NCBI GenBank assembly: GCA_965228735.1
Contig: OZ245838.1
Coordinates: forward strand, 5,440,001-5,504,000
Direction: 5' to 3'
Source of the DNA: Planctomycetota bacterium
Lineage (GTDB): Bacteria > Planctomycetota > UBA1135 > UBA2386
DNA: 64,000 nucleotides
The translations under genes were made by a program, and so were the position numbers. Each line of letters begins with the position of its first letter. Position 1 is the first letter of the stretch. Below the pieces are notes generated by a model, which worked only from the letters and a program-made list of their open reading frames with translations, ran no database searches and had not been told where the DNA came from. Below are positions 8,444 to 20,361 of the stretch, piece by piece.

Positions 8444-11017
8444 TCAGCGCGGCAGCGCGAACGTCGTCTCGCGGCCGGCTGTAACCGTGAACCGCGTCTC
8501 GTGCGGGCCGCCGGGGCTGGCCGTGAGCCATACGTAGTCGCCGGGTGCGAGGCGGAACTCGCCGTCGTTCGCATCACTGCTCGACAGCGCGATCCGGCGG
8601 TCGACGTCGCCCGCGATGCGGTAGAGCTCCCATTCGTCGGGCAGCGCGATCCTGGCGCCCGTCGCGTCGGCCTCGATCTGCCCCGGGACCGTCACGATCT
8701 CGGTCGGGACGAGGTCGAACCGCCCGTTGACGATGGTGGAGAGGTCGATCGGGCCATTGTCGATCGAGCCCGCGTCGCTCGAGCCCGCGTCGCTCGAGCC
8801 AGTGTCGCTCGAGACCGGCTCGACCGCGGCCGGGTCGCGCCGCGCGGCGTCGATCCGAACGAGTCCGGGACGGCCCAGCTCGACGACGCCGAGGTCGCAG
8901 TCGTTGCTGCCGTCGGCCCAGTGGCGGCCGGCGTCCAGCGTGCCGGTCAACGGGTGGAACAGCTCCACGCGGTAGAAGCCGGCGGGCAGTCGTGGCAGGC
9001 GCCACGGCTTGCCCTTGTCGGGCACCTCGAGCACGGTGCCGACGCCGTGCTCGGTATCCCAGACCCGGATGCTGAGCGCGCTCGACAACGGCTCGTCAGC
9101 GGTCGGCCGCAGGCTCAGCGTGCTCGCGCCCGTGACCTGCAGCACCGTCTCGCCGCCGCCCGGCAGGACCTCGCGGGCCGCTGCGATCGGCAGGCCGCCC
9201 TGCTTCGTCCACAGCGTGATCGTCCCCAACGCGCCCGGCAGGTTCGCGAGCACGAACGTGCCGTCCTTGTCGGTCTTCGTGCGGGTGCACCACGAACCGT
9301 CGTCGGCGCGCCACACGACGGGCGCGTCCGCGATCGGCGTGCCGTCCACGCCGAGCGCGCGGCCCGCGATCGAAGCGCCGAGCGCCAGGTGCAGGTCGAC
9401 CGGCGTCGTGCCCGTGCCGGCGACGGTCACCGCGGGGAGCGCGGCCAGGCCGTGGCGATCTCCACCCGCGCGCACCGTGAACTCGGCCGCTTGCAGATCG
9501 GTGAACTCGTACTCACCGTGCTCGTTCGTCTCGGTGGTCGCGACGAGTTGTTCGCCGAGCATCAGCGCGACGGTCGTCTTCTTGGCCGGTTCGCCCGCAG
9601 CGTCGAACACGGTGCCCGCCACCGCCGCCTTCGCGGGTGCTTCGGCAGTGGCGTCGTCGGCCTCGGGTTTCTCCACGTCGACCCGCCCGTAGAAGATCAT
9701 CTGCCCGGTGTCCGTCGTGCTGAGGTTGATGGGCGAGCTGCCGACCGGAGCTTCGCGGTGCGCCGGGATCGAGAACCGGGCGCCGGGGTGCAGGCCGGCC
9801 GCCATCCTTGGCCGCCGCCCTGGCGTGTGGATCGTGTAGCGCACGTTCTGAAAGCTGCGCACGAGGGTCAGCGTGGCGCTGCGCATGTAGCGCCGGCTCT
9901 TCCGCGGCGCGAGCACCGCGATCGCCGCGGCGCGGTCCGCATGCAGCTCGATCTCGCGGAGCGCGCCGGTGTCGTCCGTGATCACGAACTTCGCGCTCGG
10001 CGTGCGCGCCGGAACCGTGACGCGAAGCCGGCCGTCGGCGCCCGATGAGTCCTCGGACTGGTTGAGCACCCCGTCCCTGGGGCCGATCGCGAGGCGTTCC
10101 CCTTCGACCGGCAGGCCGAGGTCGTCGACGAAGCGGACGTCGAGCGTCAGCTCGAACGGGTGGACGAGGTCGGCGATCGCCGGCTTCGGCGTCGTCGCCG
10201 CATCGCGCACGAGCTCGTTCGCGGGCTCGGCGTTGCCGGCGACCTGCGCCGCCATTGCGGCGGGCGGGGTGCCGCCGGGCGCCGGCGCGCCGCCGGTCGG
10301 CGGCGTCGGGTCCGAGCCCGTGGCGAACAGGACGATGGAGATGGTCGTGATGGCGCCCGCGGCGACGGCGAGCTTGGTGGTCGTTCCCATGAGGAGGGGT
10401 CCCAGCAGAGTTCCGGTCGAGGTCACGGCCACTCCGGTGCCCGTCGTCGGCAGGGCGAACGCGCCGGCCAGGGCGAGGCGCCACTGCCGTCGCTGCCCGC
10501 CGGACCGTTGGTCGAGTCGGGCCCGCAGCATGCCCAGGCCACGCTGCAGCCGACTCTTCACGGTCGCGATCTTGGCGCCCGTCCGACGGGCGATCGCACG
10601 CGGCGGCAGGTCTTCGAAGTAGCGCAGAAAGACCGTCGTCTGGTACGGCTCGTCCAACTCGAGCACGGCGTCCGTCACGTGGCGCAGGATTTCGCGACGC
10701 CCGGCGGCCGCGGCCGGGTCGGACTCGCGATTCGCCGGCTCGCGCCCGGCCGCGATGTGCTCGCGGTTGGCTCGGCGGCGGTCGGCGCGATGGCGCTGCC
10801 GCGTGAAGTTCTGCAGCGTGCGCGCAAGCCAGCCGCCCATCGGGCCGGGCTCGGGCTCGTGCCGCAACGCCTGGCAGAGCGTGTCCTGCACCGCATCGTC
10901 GGCCGCGTGCGCGTCGCGAACGAGCGCGCGGGCCATGGTTCGCAGGCCGCGCGCGTGGCGCAGCACTTCGTGCTCGATGTCGGTCGGGTGGCCCATACGG
11001 CGGTCTGTCAGACCCAT
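8444..11017 (-). CDS. ECF sigma-70 factor fused to a transmembrane helix and extracytoplasmic carboxypeptidase-regulatory-like (prealbumin-fold) domains
   Basis: Region 2 (ADDAVQDT...WLARTLQN) and region 4 (LRYFEDL...IA...TVKSRLQRG), a hydrophobic segment, then repeated G.V.D..G.P modules. Alternative start at 10996. Confidence 0.85.
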   Translation of the reverse strand: MGLTDRRMGHPTDIEHEVLRHARGLRTMARALVRDAHAADDAVQDTLCQALRHEPEPGPMGGWLARTLQNFTRQRHRADRRRANREHIAAGREPANRESDPAAAAGRREILRHVTDAVLELDEPYQTTVFLRYFEDLPPRAIARRTGAKIATVKSRLQRGLGMLRARLDQRSGGQRRQWRLALAGAFALPTTGTGVAVTSTGTLLGPLLMGTTTKLAVAAGAITTISIVLFATGSDPTPPTGGAPAPGGTPPAAMAAQVAGNAEPANELVRDAATTPKPAIADLVHPFELTLDVRFVDDLGLPVEGERLAIGPRDGVLNQSEDSSGADGRLRVTVPARTPSAKFVITDDTGALREIELHADRAAAIAVLAPRKSRRYMRSATLTLVRSFQNVRYTIHTPGRRPRMAAGLHPGARFSIPAHREAPVGSSPINLSTTDTGQMIFYGRVDVEKPEADDATAEAPAKAAVAGTVFDAAGEPAKKTTVALMLGEQLVATTETNEHGEYEFTDLQAAEFTVRAGGDRHGLAALPAVTVAGTGTTPVDLHLALGASIAGRALGVDGTPIADAPVVWRADDGSWCTRTKTDKDGTFVLANLPGALGTITLWTKQGGLPIAAAREVLPGGGETVLQVTGASTLSLRPTADEPLSSALSIRVWDTEHGVGTVLEVPDKGKPWRLPRLPAGFYRVELFHPLTGTLDAGRHWADGSNDCDLGVVELGRPGLVRIDAARRDPAAVEPVSSDTGSSDAGSSDAGSIDNGPIDLSTIVNGRFDLVPTEIVTVPGQIEADATGARIALPDEWELYRIAGDVDRRIALSSSDANDGEFRLAPGDYVWLTASPGGPHETRFTVTAGRETTFALPR

Positions 11018-11111
11018 GCCGCAACGGCCGGATCGGATGCAGGCTCCGCCAAAAAAATACCGACTCGGCCCCCGTTCCGCGCCGATGGGTGCGGGAGTCG
11101 GGTGCTGGCGC

Positions 11112-12629
<1,518 letters not shown>

Positions 12630-12771
12630 CCGCGGCACGATAGCACCTGATCTGCTGCGGCTCGCCGCATTCCGCGTGGCTTGGCTCCGGCCCCGCCGTC
12701 AGCTATCGTCGCGCCGCTGCCCGCACTCGCGCCTCGCGCGCGGGGTCTCCACTGCATTCCACGGAGCTGCT

Positions 12772-15414
12772 TTGCAACCGTCTCTGCTCGCGTGTTCGGC
12801 CATCGCCGCTGCGATGGTCCTGTCGTCGTCCCTGCCGGCCCAGTGGGTCACGTTCGTCGACGAGACCAGCACCCGCCTCGTCGCCAGTCCCGGCGTCGGC
12901 GTCAACGACCCCGAGGAGAAGGACTACGCCTGGGCCGACTTCGACCAGGACGGCGACACCGACCTCGTGTGCGTTCGCAAGCAGCCGTTCACGTCGACCG
13001 GCAAGTTCCCGAACGTGCTCTTCATGAACGAGAACGGCGTGCTCACCGATCGCACGGCGACGCTCGCGAGCGCGTCCACGGTGGCCGGCAGCAGCGGCTT
13101 CCTCGATGCGACCAACGATCGCGACGTCGTCGCCGTCGACGTCAACGGCGACGGGTGGATCGATCTCGTCACGGCGACGACGCTGACCCAGAACGACCCG
13201 CAGTACATCCGGGTGCCGCGCGTCTACATCAACCAGGGGCTCGATGCGCAGAACGTCTGGCAGGGTTTCCTGTACGACGACGTCACGCGCATCGACGACC
13301 TAGCCTACGGCTGGCAGGGCGAGCATCGCTTCTGCTCCGTCAGCGCGGGGGACATCGACGGCGATGGTGACGAGGACCTCTATTTCGGGGACTACGAGCA
13401 GGGTGGCAGTCGCAGCGTCGACGTCAACGACCGTCTGCTGATCAACGACGGCACCGGCTACTTCACCGACGAGTCAGCCCAGCGCATGTCGGTGGCGATG
13501 CTCGATTCGGACTTTGCGATGGCGTCGGCGATCGTCGACATGAACGGCGATGGCAAGCTCGACATCGTTCGGGACAACGCGCTCAGTCCACCACAGGCCG
13601 TCACAATCAGCTACAACGATACGTCGACCGAGGGGTTCTTCGGCTCCTACGAAACCGCCTACGGCGGCTTCGCGCCGTACCACTTCGCTGTCGGTGACCT
13701 CAACAACGACGGCCTGCCCGACCTCGTCGTCACGGACGACAACGCCGACCGGTACATGCTGCACGCCGGCAACGGGCCAAACGGGCTCGCGACGTTCTCG
13801 CCCTCGCGGACGTTCTCGTTCGTCGGTGGTGGCTCCGACGACGGGTTCGGCGGCAACAACCTGATCGTCGATCTCGACAACGACGGCTGGCGCGACGTGA
13901 TCATCACGGACGTCGACGTCGACGTGGCGAGCTCGGCGAACCGCCGGTGTCACATCTATCGCAACCTTGGCGACGCGCCGGACGTCACGCTGCAGGAGCA
14001 GCAGCAGGGCGGCTTCGTCTGCGGCATCAATACCGCGGATCTGCGCGGGTCGCACGACGTCGCGGTGTTCGACATCGACGGCGACGGCTGGCAGGACATG
14101 GTCCTCGGTCGCGAGGTCGGGACGCGGGTCTTCATGAACGACCCGCCTGCCGGGCTCGCCATCGCGTATCCGCTCGGGCTGGTCGCGCGAGTCGCGCCGG
14201 GGACGATCACGACGCTGTACGTGAACGCCACCGGCATCGGGTCCGTCGTGCCGGCGGCCGGCACCGGCGAGTTGCACTACTCGATCAACGGTTCGTCCTT
14301 CCAGTCGATCCCGATGCGCGACGAGGGGCCGGGTCAACAATCGGGGAGGCTCTATTCGGTCAAGCTGCCGCGTCTGCTGACGTGCGGCGACCGCATGCGC
14401 TTCTACATCTCGATCGACGACCAGCAGTCGACGGCCTGGCTCGATCCGGTCGGCGGCGCGGCCGCGGCCTACGAGGTCGTCGCGCAGACCGGCGAGTCGG
14501 TGATCTACGAGAACAACTTCGAGAACGGTGCGGTCGGCTGGACCGTCGTGAACGACCCGTCGCTGACGACGGGCGCGTGGGAGGTCGCCGATCCCAATCC
14601 GACCGTGTTGAGCGGGCAGATCGCGGCGCCGGCCGACGACGCGGAGGCCGGGGCGGCGTCGTTCTGCTTCGTGACGGAGAACGGGCCGGTGGGCAACACG
14701 TCCGCGGGCCTCGCCGACGTCGACGGTGGGCCGACCGATCTGATCTCGCCCGTTTTCGACCTCGACGGCGCCGACGGCACGCTCACCTACTCGCGCTGGT
14801 TCTTCTCGAGCGGGGCCGACACGCTCGACGTCGCGATCACGGCGGACGGCAGCAGCTGGGTGCCGCTCGAGGCCGTGACCGGCAGCGGCAACAACAACTG
14901 GTCCGTGCGCACGTTCCGCGTCAGCGACTTCGTGACGCCGTCGGCGACGATGCAGGTCCGGTTCCGCACGCACGACGTGGACCCCGGTTCGATCGTGGAG
15001 GCCGGCATCGACGTGTTCCGGGTCACCGGGTTCCTCTGCGAGTGCGCGCCGATCTGTCAGCTCGACGTCGGGCTCAAGGGGCCCGGCACCGCGAACTTCG
15101 GCGGCGAGGTCGACCTGCCGCCGAACGGGCCGCCAGCCGTCGACTTCGTCGTCACGGGCGCACCGGCCGGCGCCGCGGGCTGGATCCTCGCGAGCTTCGA
15201 TCTCGACCCGGCGCCGCTGCTCGGCGGTCGGGTCATCGATCTCGAACCGTTCGTGATCCTGCCGTTCATCGCCGACGGTAACGGCGAGTACGGCCTCTAC
15301 GACGTGACCGGCGGGTTCGGCCCGCTGCGGTTCTACGCGCAGAGCGTCTACCTGCTCGGCAGCGCTCCGTTCGGCGTCGGCATCACCAACGGTCTCCGCA
15401 TCGACTTCCCGTAA
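12772..15414 (+). CDS. Secreted FG-GAP/VCBS repeat protein with C-terminal beta domains
   Basis: About 7 D.D.DG..D repeats. TTG start at 12772 follows GGAG and gives a signal peptide (alternative ATG at 12814). Confidence 0.8.
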   Translation: MQPSLLACSAIAAAMVLSSSLPAQWVTFVDETSTRLVASPGVGVNDPEEKDYAWADFDQDGDTDLVCVRKQPFTSTGKFPNVLFMNENGVLTDRTATLASASTVAGSSGFLDATNDRDVVAVDVNGDGWIDLVTATTLTQNDPQYIRVPRVYINQGLDAQNVWQGFLYDDVTRIDDLAYGWQGEHRFCSVSAGDIDGDGDEDLYFGDYEQGGSRSVDVNDRLLINDGTGYFTDESAQRMSVAMLDSDFAMASAIVDMNGDGKLDIVRDNALSPPQAVTISYNDTSTEGFFGSYETAYGGFAPYHFAVGDLNNDGLPDLVVTDDNADRYMLHAGNGPNGLATFSPSRTFSFVGGGSDDGFGGNNLIVDLDNDGWRDVIITDVDVDVASSANRRCHIYRNLGDAPDVTLQEQQQGGFVCGINTADLRGSHDVAVFDIDGDGWQDMVLGREVGTRVFMNDPPAGLAIAYPLGLVARVAPGTITTLYVNATGIGSVVPAAGTGELHYSINGSSFQSIPMRDEGPGQQSGRLYSVKLPRLLTCGDRMRFYISIDDQQSTAWLDPVGGAAAAYEVVAQTGESVIYENNFENGAVGWTVVNDPSLTTGAWEVADPNPTVLSGQIAAPADDAEAGAASFCFVTENGPVGNTSAGLADVDGGPTDLISPVFDLDGADGTLTYSRWFFSSGADTLDVAITADGSSWVPLEAVTGSGNNNWSVRTFRVSDFVTPSATMQVRFRTHDVDPGSIVEAGIDVFRVTGFLCECAPICQLDVGLKGPGTANFGGEVDLPPNGPPAVDFVVTGAPAGAAGWILASFDLDPAPLLGGRVIDLEPFVILPFIADGNGEYGLYDVTGGFGPLRFYAQSVYLLGSAPFGVGITNGLRIDFP

Positions 15415-15432
15415 GCCTGCCCGGCTCTCGCC

Positions 15433-17286
15433 ATGATTCCTCATCCGTTCACGTCGCTGGCCGTCGGGCTCGCGGCCACGCTCGCGCTGCCGGCACAGAA
15501 CGTGCCGCAGCCGCCGATGGGCGCCCCGCTGCACGGTCTCGACGCCGCGCAGCGCGCCCGGTTCGACGCCGGCGACGCCGACTTCCGCAAGACCTTCCAG
15601 AACGCCGAAGGTCTCGGGCCGATCTTCAACGACCAGTCGTGCGCGACGTGCCACAACAACCCGGTCGGTGGGCCGGGCTCGATCACGGTCACGCGCTTCG
15701 GCCTCTACGATCCGAAGGGTGTCGGCTGGGATCCGTTGACGGCGCTCGGCGGGTCGCTGCTGCAGGCCGCGGCGATCGATCCGGCGTGCGTCGAGAGCCT
15801 GCCGAGCACCGCGACCAATATCGCGCAGCGCGTGACGACGTCGACGCTCGGCATCGGACTCATCGAGGCGATCCCGGATGCGGACCTGCTGTTCCTCGTC
15901 AACAACCCGCCGAGCCCGGCCGTCAGCGGGCGGGCGCACATGGTCGTGCCGCTCGAGGCGCCGACCGGGCCGGCGCGCGTCGGCCGCTTCGGGTGGAAGT
16001 CGCAGCTCGCTACGGTGCTGAGCTTCTCCGGCGACGCGACGCTGATGGAGATCGGGATCACCAACCGGCTCGTGCCGCAGGAGCAGGCGCCGAACGGCAA
16101 CACGGCGTTGCTCGCCGCGTGGGACAACGTGCCCGACCCCGAGGACGGCCCCGATCCGCAGGGGCTGCACTTCATCGATCGCGTGACCGACTTCCAGCGC
16201 TACCTCGCGCCGCCGCCGCAGACTCCGCGGTCCGGCATGACGGGCGAGCAGCTGTTCGTCAGCGTCGGCTGCGCCGACTGTCACGTGCAGAGCTTCACGA
16301 CGAGCAGTGATCCGGCGCTCGAACCGGCGCTGCGTGGTCGCGCGATCCGGCCGTACTCGGACTTCCTCCTGCACGACATGGGGTTGAACAGCGACTTCAT
16401 CGGGCAGGGCCTCGCGGAGCTGCAGGAGATGCGGACGCCGCCGCTCTGGGGCGTGCGCACGCGCGACCCGATGTGGCATGACGGGCGCGTCGCGGGCGGC
16501 ACGTTCGAGGACCGGATCCGCGGTGCCGGTGGTGCGGTCGCGTTGCACGACGCGTTCGGCAGCGAAGGTGCGGCGTCGGCGCAGGCGTTCTTCGCGCTCG
16601 CGCTCGCGGACCAGCAGCGGATCGTCGCGTTCCTCGATTCGCTCGGTCGCCGGGAGTTCGACGGCAACGGCGATGGCGAGCTCGACCACGACGACTGGGT
16701 CATGTTCGTCAGCGCGCGCGGCGGGTCGGTGACCCCTGATGATCCGCGCGCGGTGTTCGACTTCGATCAGGACGGCGACGTCGACAACGACGACTACGAT
16801 GTCTTCGCGACCGTCTACGAGGAGGACTGCAACGGCAACCTCGTGAGCGATCTGCTCGACATCCAGAACGGCACGAGCACCGACGTCAACTTCAACGGGC
16901 GGCCGGACGAGTGTGAGCACTGTCAGACGGACCTCGGTCAGGGCGGCGGCGGCACGGCCGCGCTGTCGATCTGCGGCGACGATCTGACGACCGCGAGTTC
17001 GCGGGCCGCGCTGCGCATCACCGGCGCTGCGCCGGGGGCGACGGTCGTCTTCGTCGCGGCGCTCACCCAGAACCCGTGGGAGATCGTGCCGGGCGAGTTC
17101 GTCGTCCCGACGGTGCCGGCGCCCGTCGCCGTGTTCGTCGGCTCCGCGGACGGCAGCGGCGCGTTCTTCCAGCTCGTCGGCGGCAACGCCGGCGGCACGG
17201 CCGTGACCTGGGTGTTCCAGGCCGGCACGCTCGACGCGGGCGTCCTCGACATGACGAACGCGTTGGCGGTCGAGCTGTCGTATTGA
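15433..17286 (+). CDS. Di-heme oxidoreductase family protein (DUF1111) with EF-hand/dockerin-like Ca-binding motifs
   Basis: GLGP.FN..SCATCH, GRFGWK, GCADCH, YSDFLLHDMG, RTPPLWG, HDGR. C-terminal DGNGDGELD and DFDQDGDVD loops. Confidence 0.88.
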   Translation: MIPHPFTSLAVGLAATLALPAQNVPQPPMGAPLHGLDAAQRARFDAGDADFRKTFQNAEGLGPIFNDQSCATCHNNPVGGPGSITVTRFGLYDPKGVGWDPLTALGGSLLQAAAIDPACVESLPSTATNIAQRVTTSTLGIGLIEAIPDADLLFLVNNPPSPAVSGRAHMVVPLEAPTGPARVGRFGWKSQLATVLSFSGDATLMEIGITNRLVPQEQAPNGNTALLAAWDNVPDPEDGPDPQGLHFIDRVTDFQRYLAPPPQTPRSGMTGEQLFVSVGCADCHVQSFTTSSDPALEPALRGRAIRPYSDFLLHDMGLNSDFIGQGLAELQEMRTPPLWGVRTRDPMWHDGRVAGGTFEDRIRGAGGAVALHDAFGSEGAASAQAFFALALADQQRIVAFLDSLGRREFDGNGDGELDHDDWVMFVSARGGSVTPDDPRAVFDFDQDGDVDNDDYDVFATVYEEDCNGNLVSDLLDIQNGTSTDVNFNGRPDECEHCQTDLGQGGGGTAALSICGDDLTTASSRAALRITGAAPGATVVFVAALTQNPWEIVPGEFVVPTVPAPVAVFVGSADGSGAFFQLVGGNAGGTAVTWVFQAGTLDAGVLDMTNALAVELSY

Positions 17287-17293
17287 GCGCCGC

Positions 17294-20275
17294 ATGAGGT
17301 TGCTCGGCTCCCGGTCCTGGACCGCCCTCGCGGCCCTCGTCCTGGTCGCGCCGGCGATCGCGCAGAACCCGATCGCCGAACGGCTCGATCCACGAACGGA
17401 TCCCGAGTGGCGCAGCGAAGCGCTCGCGGCGGCGGCGGGCGAGCGGTTGCAGTCGACCCTCACGGATGCGCTGGGACGGGCGGCGGACGAGGCGGCGACC
17501 CTGCCGGCAGTGCGAGAATGGGCCCGGCCGTTGCGCGGCGCCGTCGTCCGCACCAAGGTCAAGCTGTTGTCGGCGGATGTCGACGGCGCGACGTTGACGA
17601 CCCGCGCGCGGATCGAGGCCTTCGGGCAGCGCGCATCGGGAGCGGGGGCGCCGCCCCCATTGCAGTCGCCCGCCACGCAATCGCCACTCGTGCAGTCGGT
17701 CGCGAACTGGCGCGTCACGTGGTCGATCGGCGAGAACGGCGAGCTCGCGCTGGAATCGATCGCGGCGGTTGGCAGCGAGCGGGCCGCCGCCGAACGCGTC
17801 TGGTTCGCCGAGGTGACGGCTGCGGTGCTCGGCCCCGAGCTGGCAGGGAAGCCGGAGCTGCGCTTCGGCGGCAGCTACTGGGCGGGCCGCGTGGATCACG
17901 TCGGTGAGTCCGCGCGGATGGGGCACCAGGGCGTGGCGGTCGGCGACGTCGATGGCGACGGTCGCGAGGACGTCTACGTCGGGATGCCGAACGGTCTGCC
18001 CAACCTGCTGCTGCGGCGACGCGCCGACGGCACGTTCGAGGACATCGCGGCGGCTGCCGGCGTCGCGTTCCTCGACGACACCAAGGGTGTGCTGCTGCTC
18101 GACCTCGACGGCGACGGCGACGACGATCTCGTCCTGGCGATCGGCCCGTTCCTGCTGCTCTGCGATGGCGACGGCGCGGGTCGCTTCCGCCCGGCGCATC
18201 GGCTGCAGGCGCCGACGGGTGGCGCGTTCTATCACGTCACTGCTGTCGACTTCGATCGCGACGGCGACCTCGACCTCTACGGCTGCCGCTACGTCGAGGA
18301 GGCCTACGCCGAGAGCGTGCCGTTGCCGTATCACGCCGCGGAGAACGGGCCTCGCAACCTGCTGTTCCGCAACGACGGCGAAGGCGGCTTCACGGACGTG
18401 ACCGCGGCGGTCGGCCTCGACGCCAACAACACGCGCTTCAGCACGGCGGCGGCGTGGGCCGACTACGACGACGACGGCGACGTGGACCTCTACGTCAGCA
18501 ACGACTTCGGCCGCAACAATCTCTATCGCAATGACGACGGGCGCTTCGTGGATGTCGCAGCCGACGCCGGGGTCGAGGATCAGGGTGCCGGCATGGGGGT
18601 CGCGTTCGCCGACGTCGACGCGGACGGCGACCTCGATCTCTACGTGACCAACATGTTCTCGTCGGCGGGTCACCGCATCGGTTCGCTGCCGGCGTTCCAG
18701 GCCGGCATGAACGCGGCGGAACGCGGCGCGCTGCTGGGCCTGAGCCGCGGCAACTCGCTGTTCCTCAACGCGGGTGACGGCACGTTCGTGCGGGCGCCGG
18801 ACGCCGGTGTGCGCATGGGGCGGTGGGGCTGGGGCGCGCGCTTCGTCGACCTCGACACCGACGGGCTGCCCGACATCGTCGCGCCCAACGGCTTCCTCAC
18901 GGGGCGGCCCGAGGCGGCGGACTGTTGAAGCCTGTTCTGGCGGCGCGTGGCGTCGCAGACCCCATCGACGGTCGAGGTGCTGCAGGCGGGCGTTGCCGCG
19001 CCGGCGACGCTCGACGAGTACCTGCGCGGTTGGGCTGCGCTCGCTGAGCTGATCGAGCGCGACGTGTCATGGAGCGGGCACGAGCGGAACTGCGCGTTCT
19101 CGAATCGCGGTGATGGCACCTTCGCGGACGTCTCCGCGATCTCGGGTCTCGACTTCGACGACGACGGGCGCGCGTGCGTCGCGCTCGACCTCGACCAGGA
19201 CGGCGACCTCGACCTGCTGTTCAAGAACCGCTCGGGCCCGCAGCTGCGGGTGCTCGCGAACGAACAATTCGATGACCGGTCCGCGCTCGCCGTCCGGCTC
19301 GTCGACCCGACGTGCAAGAACCGCGACGCGATCGGCGCGCGGGTCACGGTGCGCGCTGGCGATCACGGACTGGTGCGCTTTCTCGTGGCCGGCGACGGTT
19401 ACCTCTCGCAGTCGTCACGGTGGTTGCACTTCGGTTCGGTCGACGCGACCTCGGGGTTCGAGCTCACGGTGCGTTGGCCCGATGGCGAATCCGAACGGAT
19501 CACCAAGCAGCAGTTCGACGCGGACCGTCAGTTGGCGCGGCTCACGATCGTGCGCGGCCGCAGCGCGACGTGGAGCAGTGCCGCGACCCGCACGCCCTTG
19601 CCGACGACCTCGGGAGCTGCCAAGCCCGCCCCGCCCGATCGCGAGGCGATCGTGTTACGGAACCCGCTGCCGCTCTCGCCGACGCTGCAGCGCGCCGCGT
19701 TCCGCGGTCCGCCGCGGCGACCCGCGCTCCTTGGCCTGTGGGCGATGGGCAACGCCGAGAGCGAGCGGGCGATCACGGCGTTCGCGGGTTCGCAGGCTGC
19801 GCTGGAAACCGTTGCCGTCGACGTCGTGCTGCTCGGCCTGCACGACGGTGCTGAGCAGGCCGCGGCCGCGCGCCGGTTCGTCGAGCTCGCGGGCGACCGC
19901 ACGCCGGGCATGCGGCAGCGGCCGGCGAGTGCGGCGATGCGCGAGTGCATCGACGCGCTCGTGACCGCGATCGTGGGGCCGAGCGATGCCGCGACGGAGC
20001 CTGCGACGTATCTGCTCGTCGATGGGCAGGGGCGCGCTCAGGTCCTCTATCGCGCGGCGCCGACCGTCGCCGAGCTGCGCTACGACGTCGCGCGATTCGG
20101 TGGTGCGCAGGTCGATCCGACGCGCCGCAGCCGCCGATCCGGTCGCTGGGCGTTCGCCGTGCCGCGTGCTCTCGGTCCGCTCGTGCGGGACCTTGCCGCG
20201 CGCGGGCTGCGGCGGGACGCCGCGTTCTATCAGCAGCTCGATGCGGCCCGCCGCGGCGACCAGCCGCCCAAGTAG
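17294..20275 (+). CDS. CRTAC1/ASPIC-UnbV-like FG-GAP protein with in-frame UGA (candidate selenocysteine at residue 545) and a degenerate C-terminal redoxin-like domain
   Basis: ORFs 17294-18928 and 18947-20275 are in the same frame, separated only by TGA 18926-18928. Readthrough gives ...NGFLTGRPEAADC-U-SLFWRRVASQ...SWSGHERNCAFSNRGDGTFADVS, a continuous CRTAC1-type architecture. A hairpin follows the UGA. Confidence 0.7.
18936..18959 (+). promoter_or_regulatory. Candidate bacterial SECIS hairpin
   Basis: UCU(G)GCGGCGC-GUG-GCGUCGC-AGA: 10 pairs with one bulged G. The G-containing loop begins 18 nt after the UGA. Confidence 0.55.
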
Positions 20276-20361
20276 GTTCCCCTTCCCGACGGGGTTGTCG
20301 CCAGTCGCCGGCCCCAGCAAGATCGTCTTCCCTGCCCGCCGCTCTCGCCCCGCCGTCACCC

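Noticed and set aside
13474..17718. Very long antisense or alternative-frame ORFs (for example 13474-17718, 35207-39214, 58168-61164, 26992-29595)
   Set aside because: Arg/Ala-rich shadow ORFs of real high-GC genes, with no recognisable motifs.
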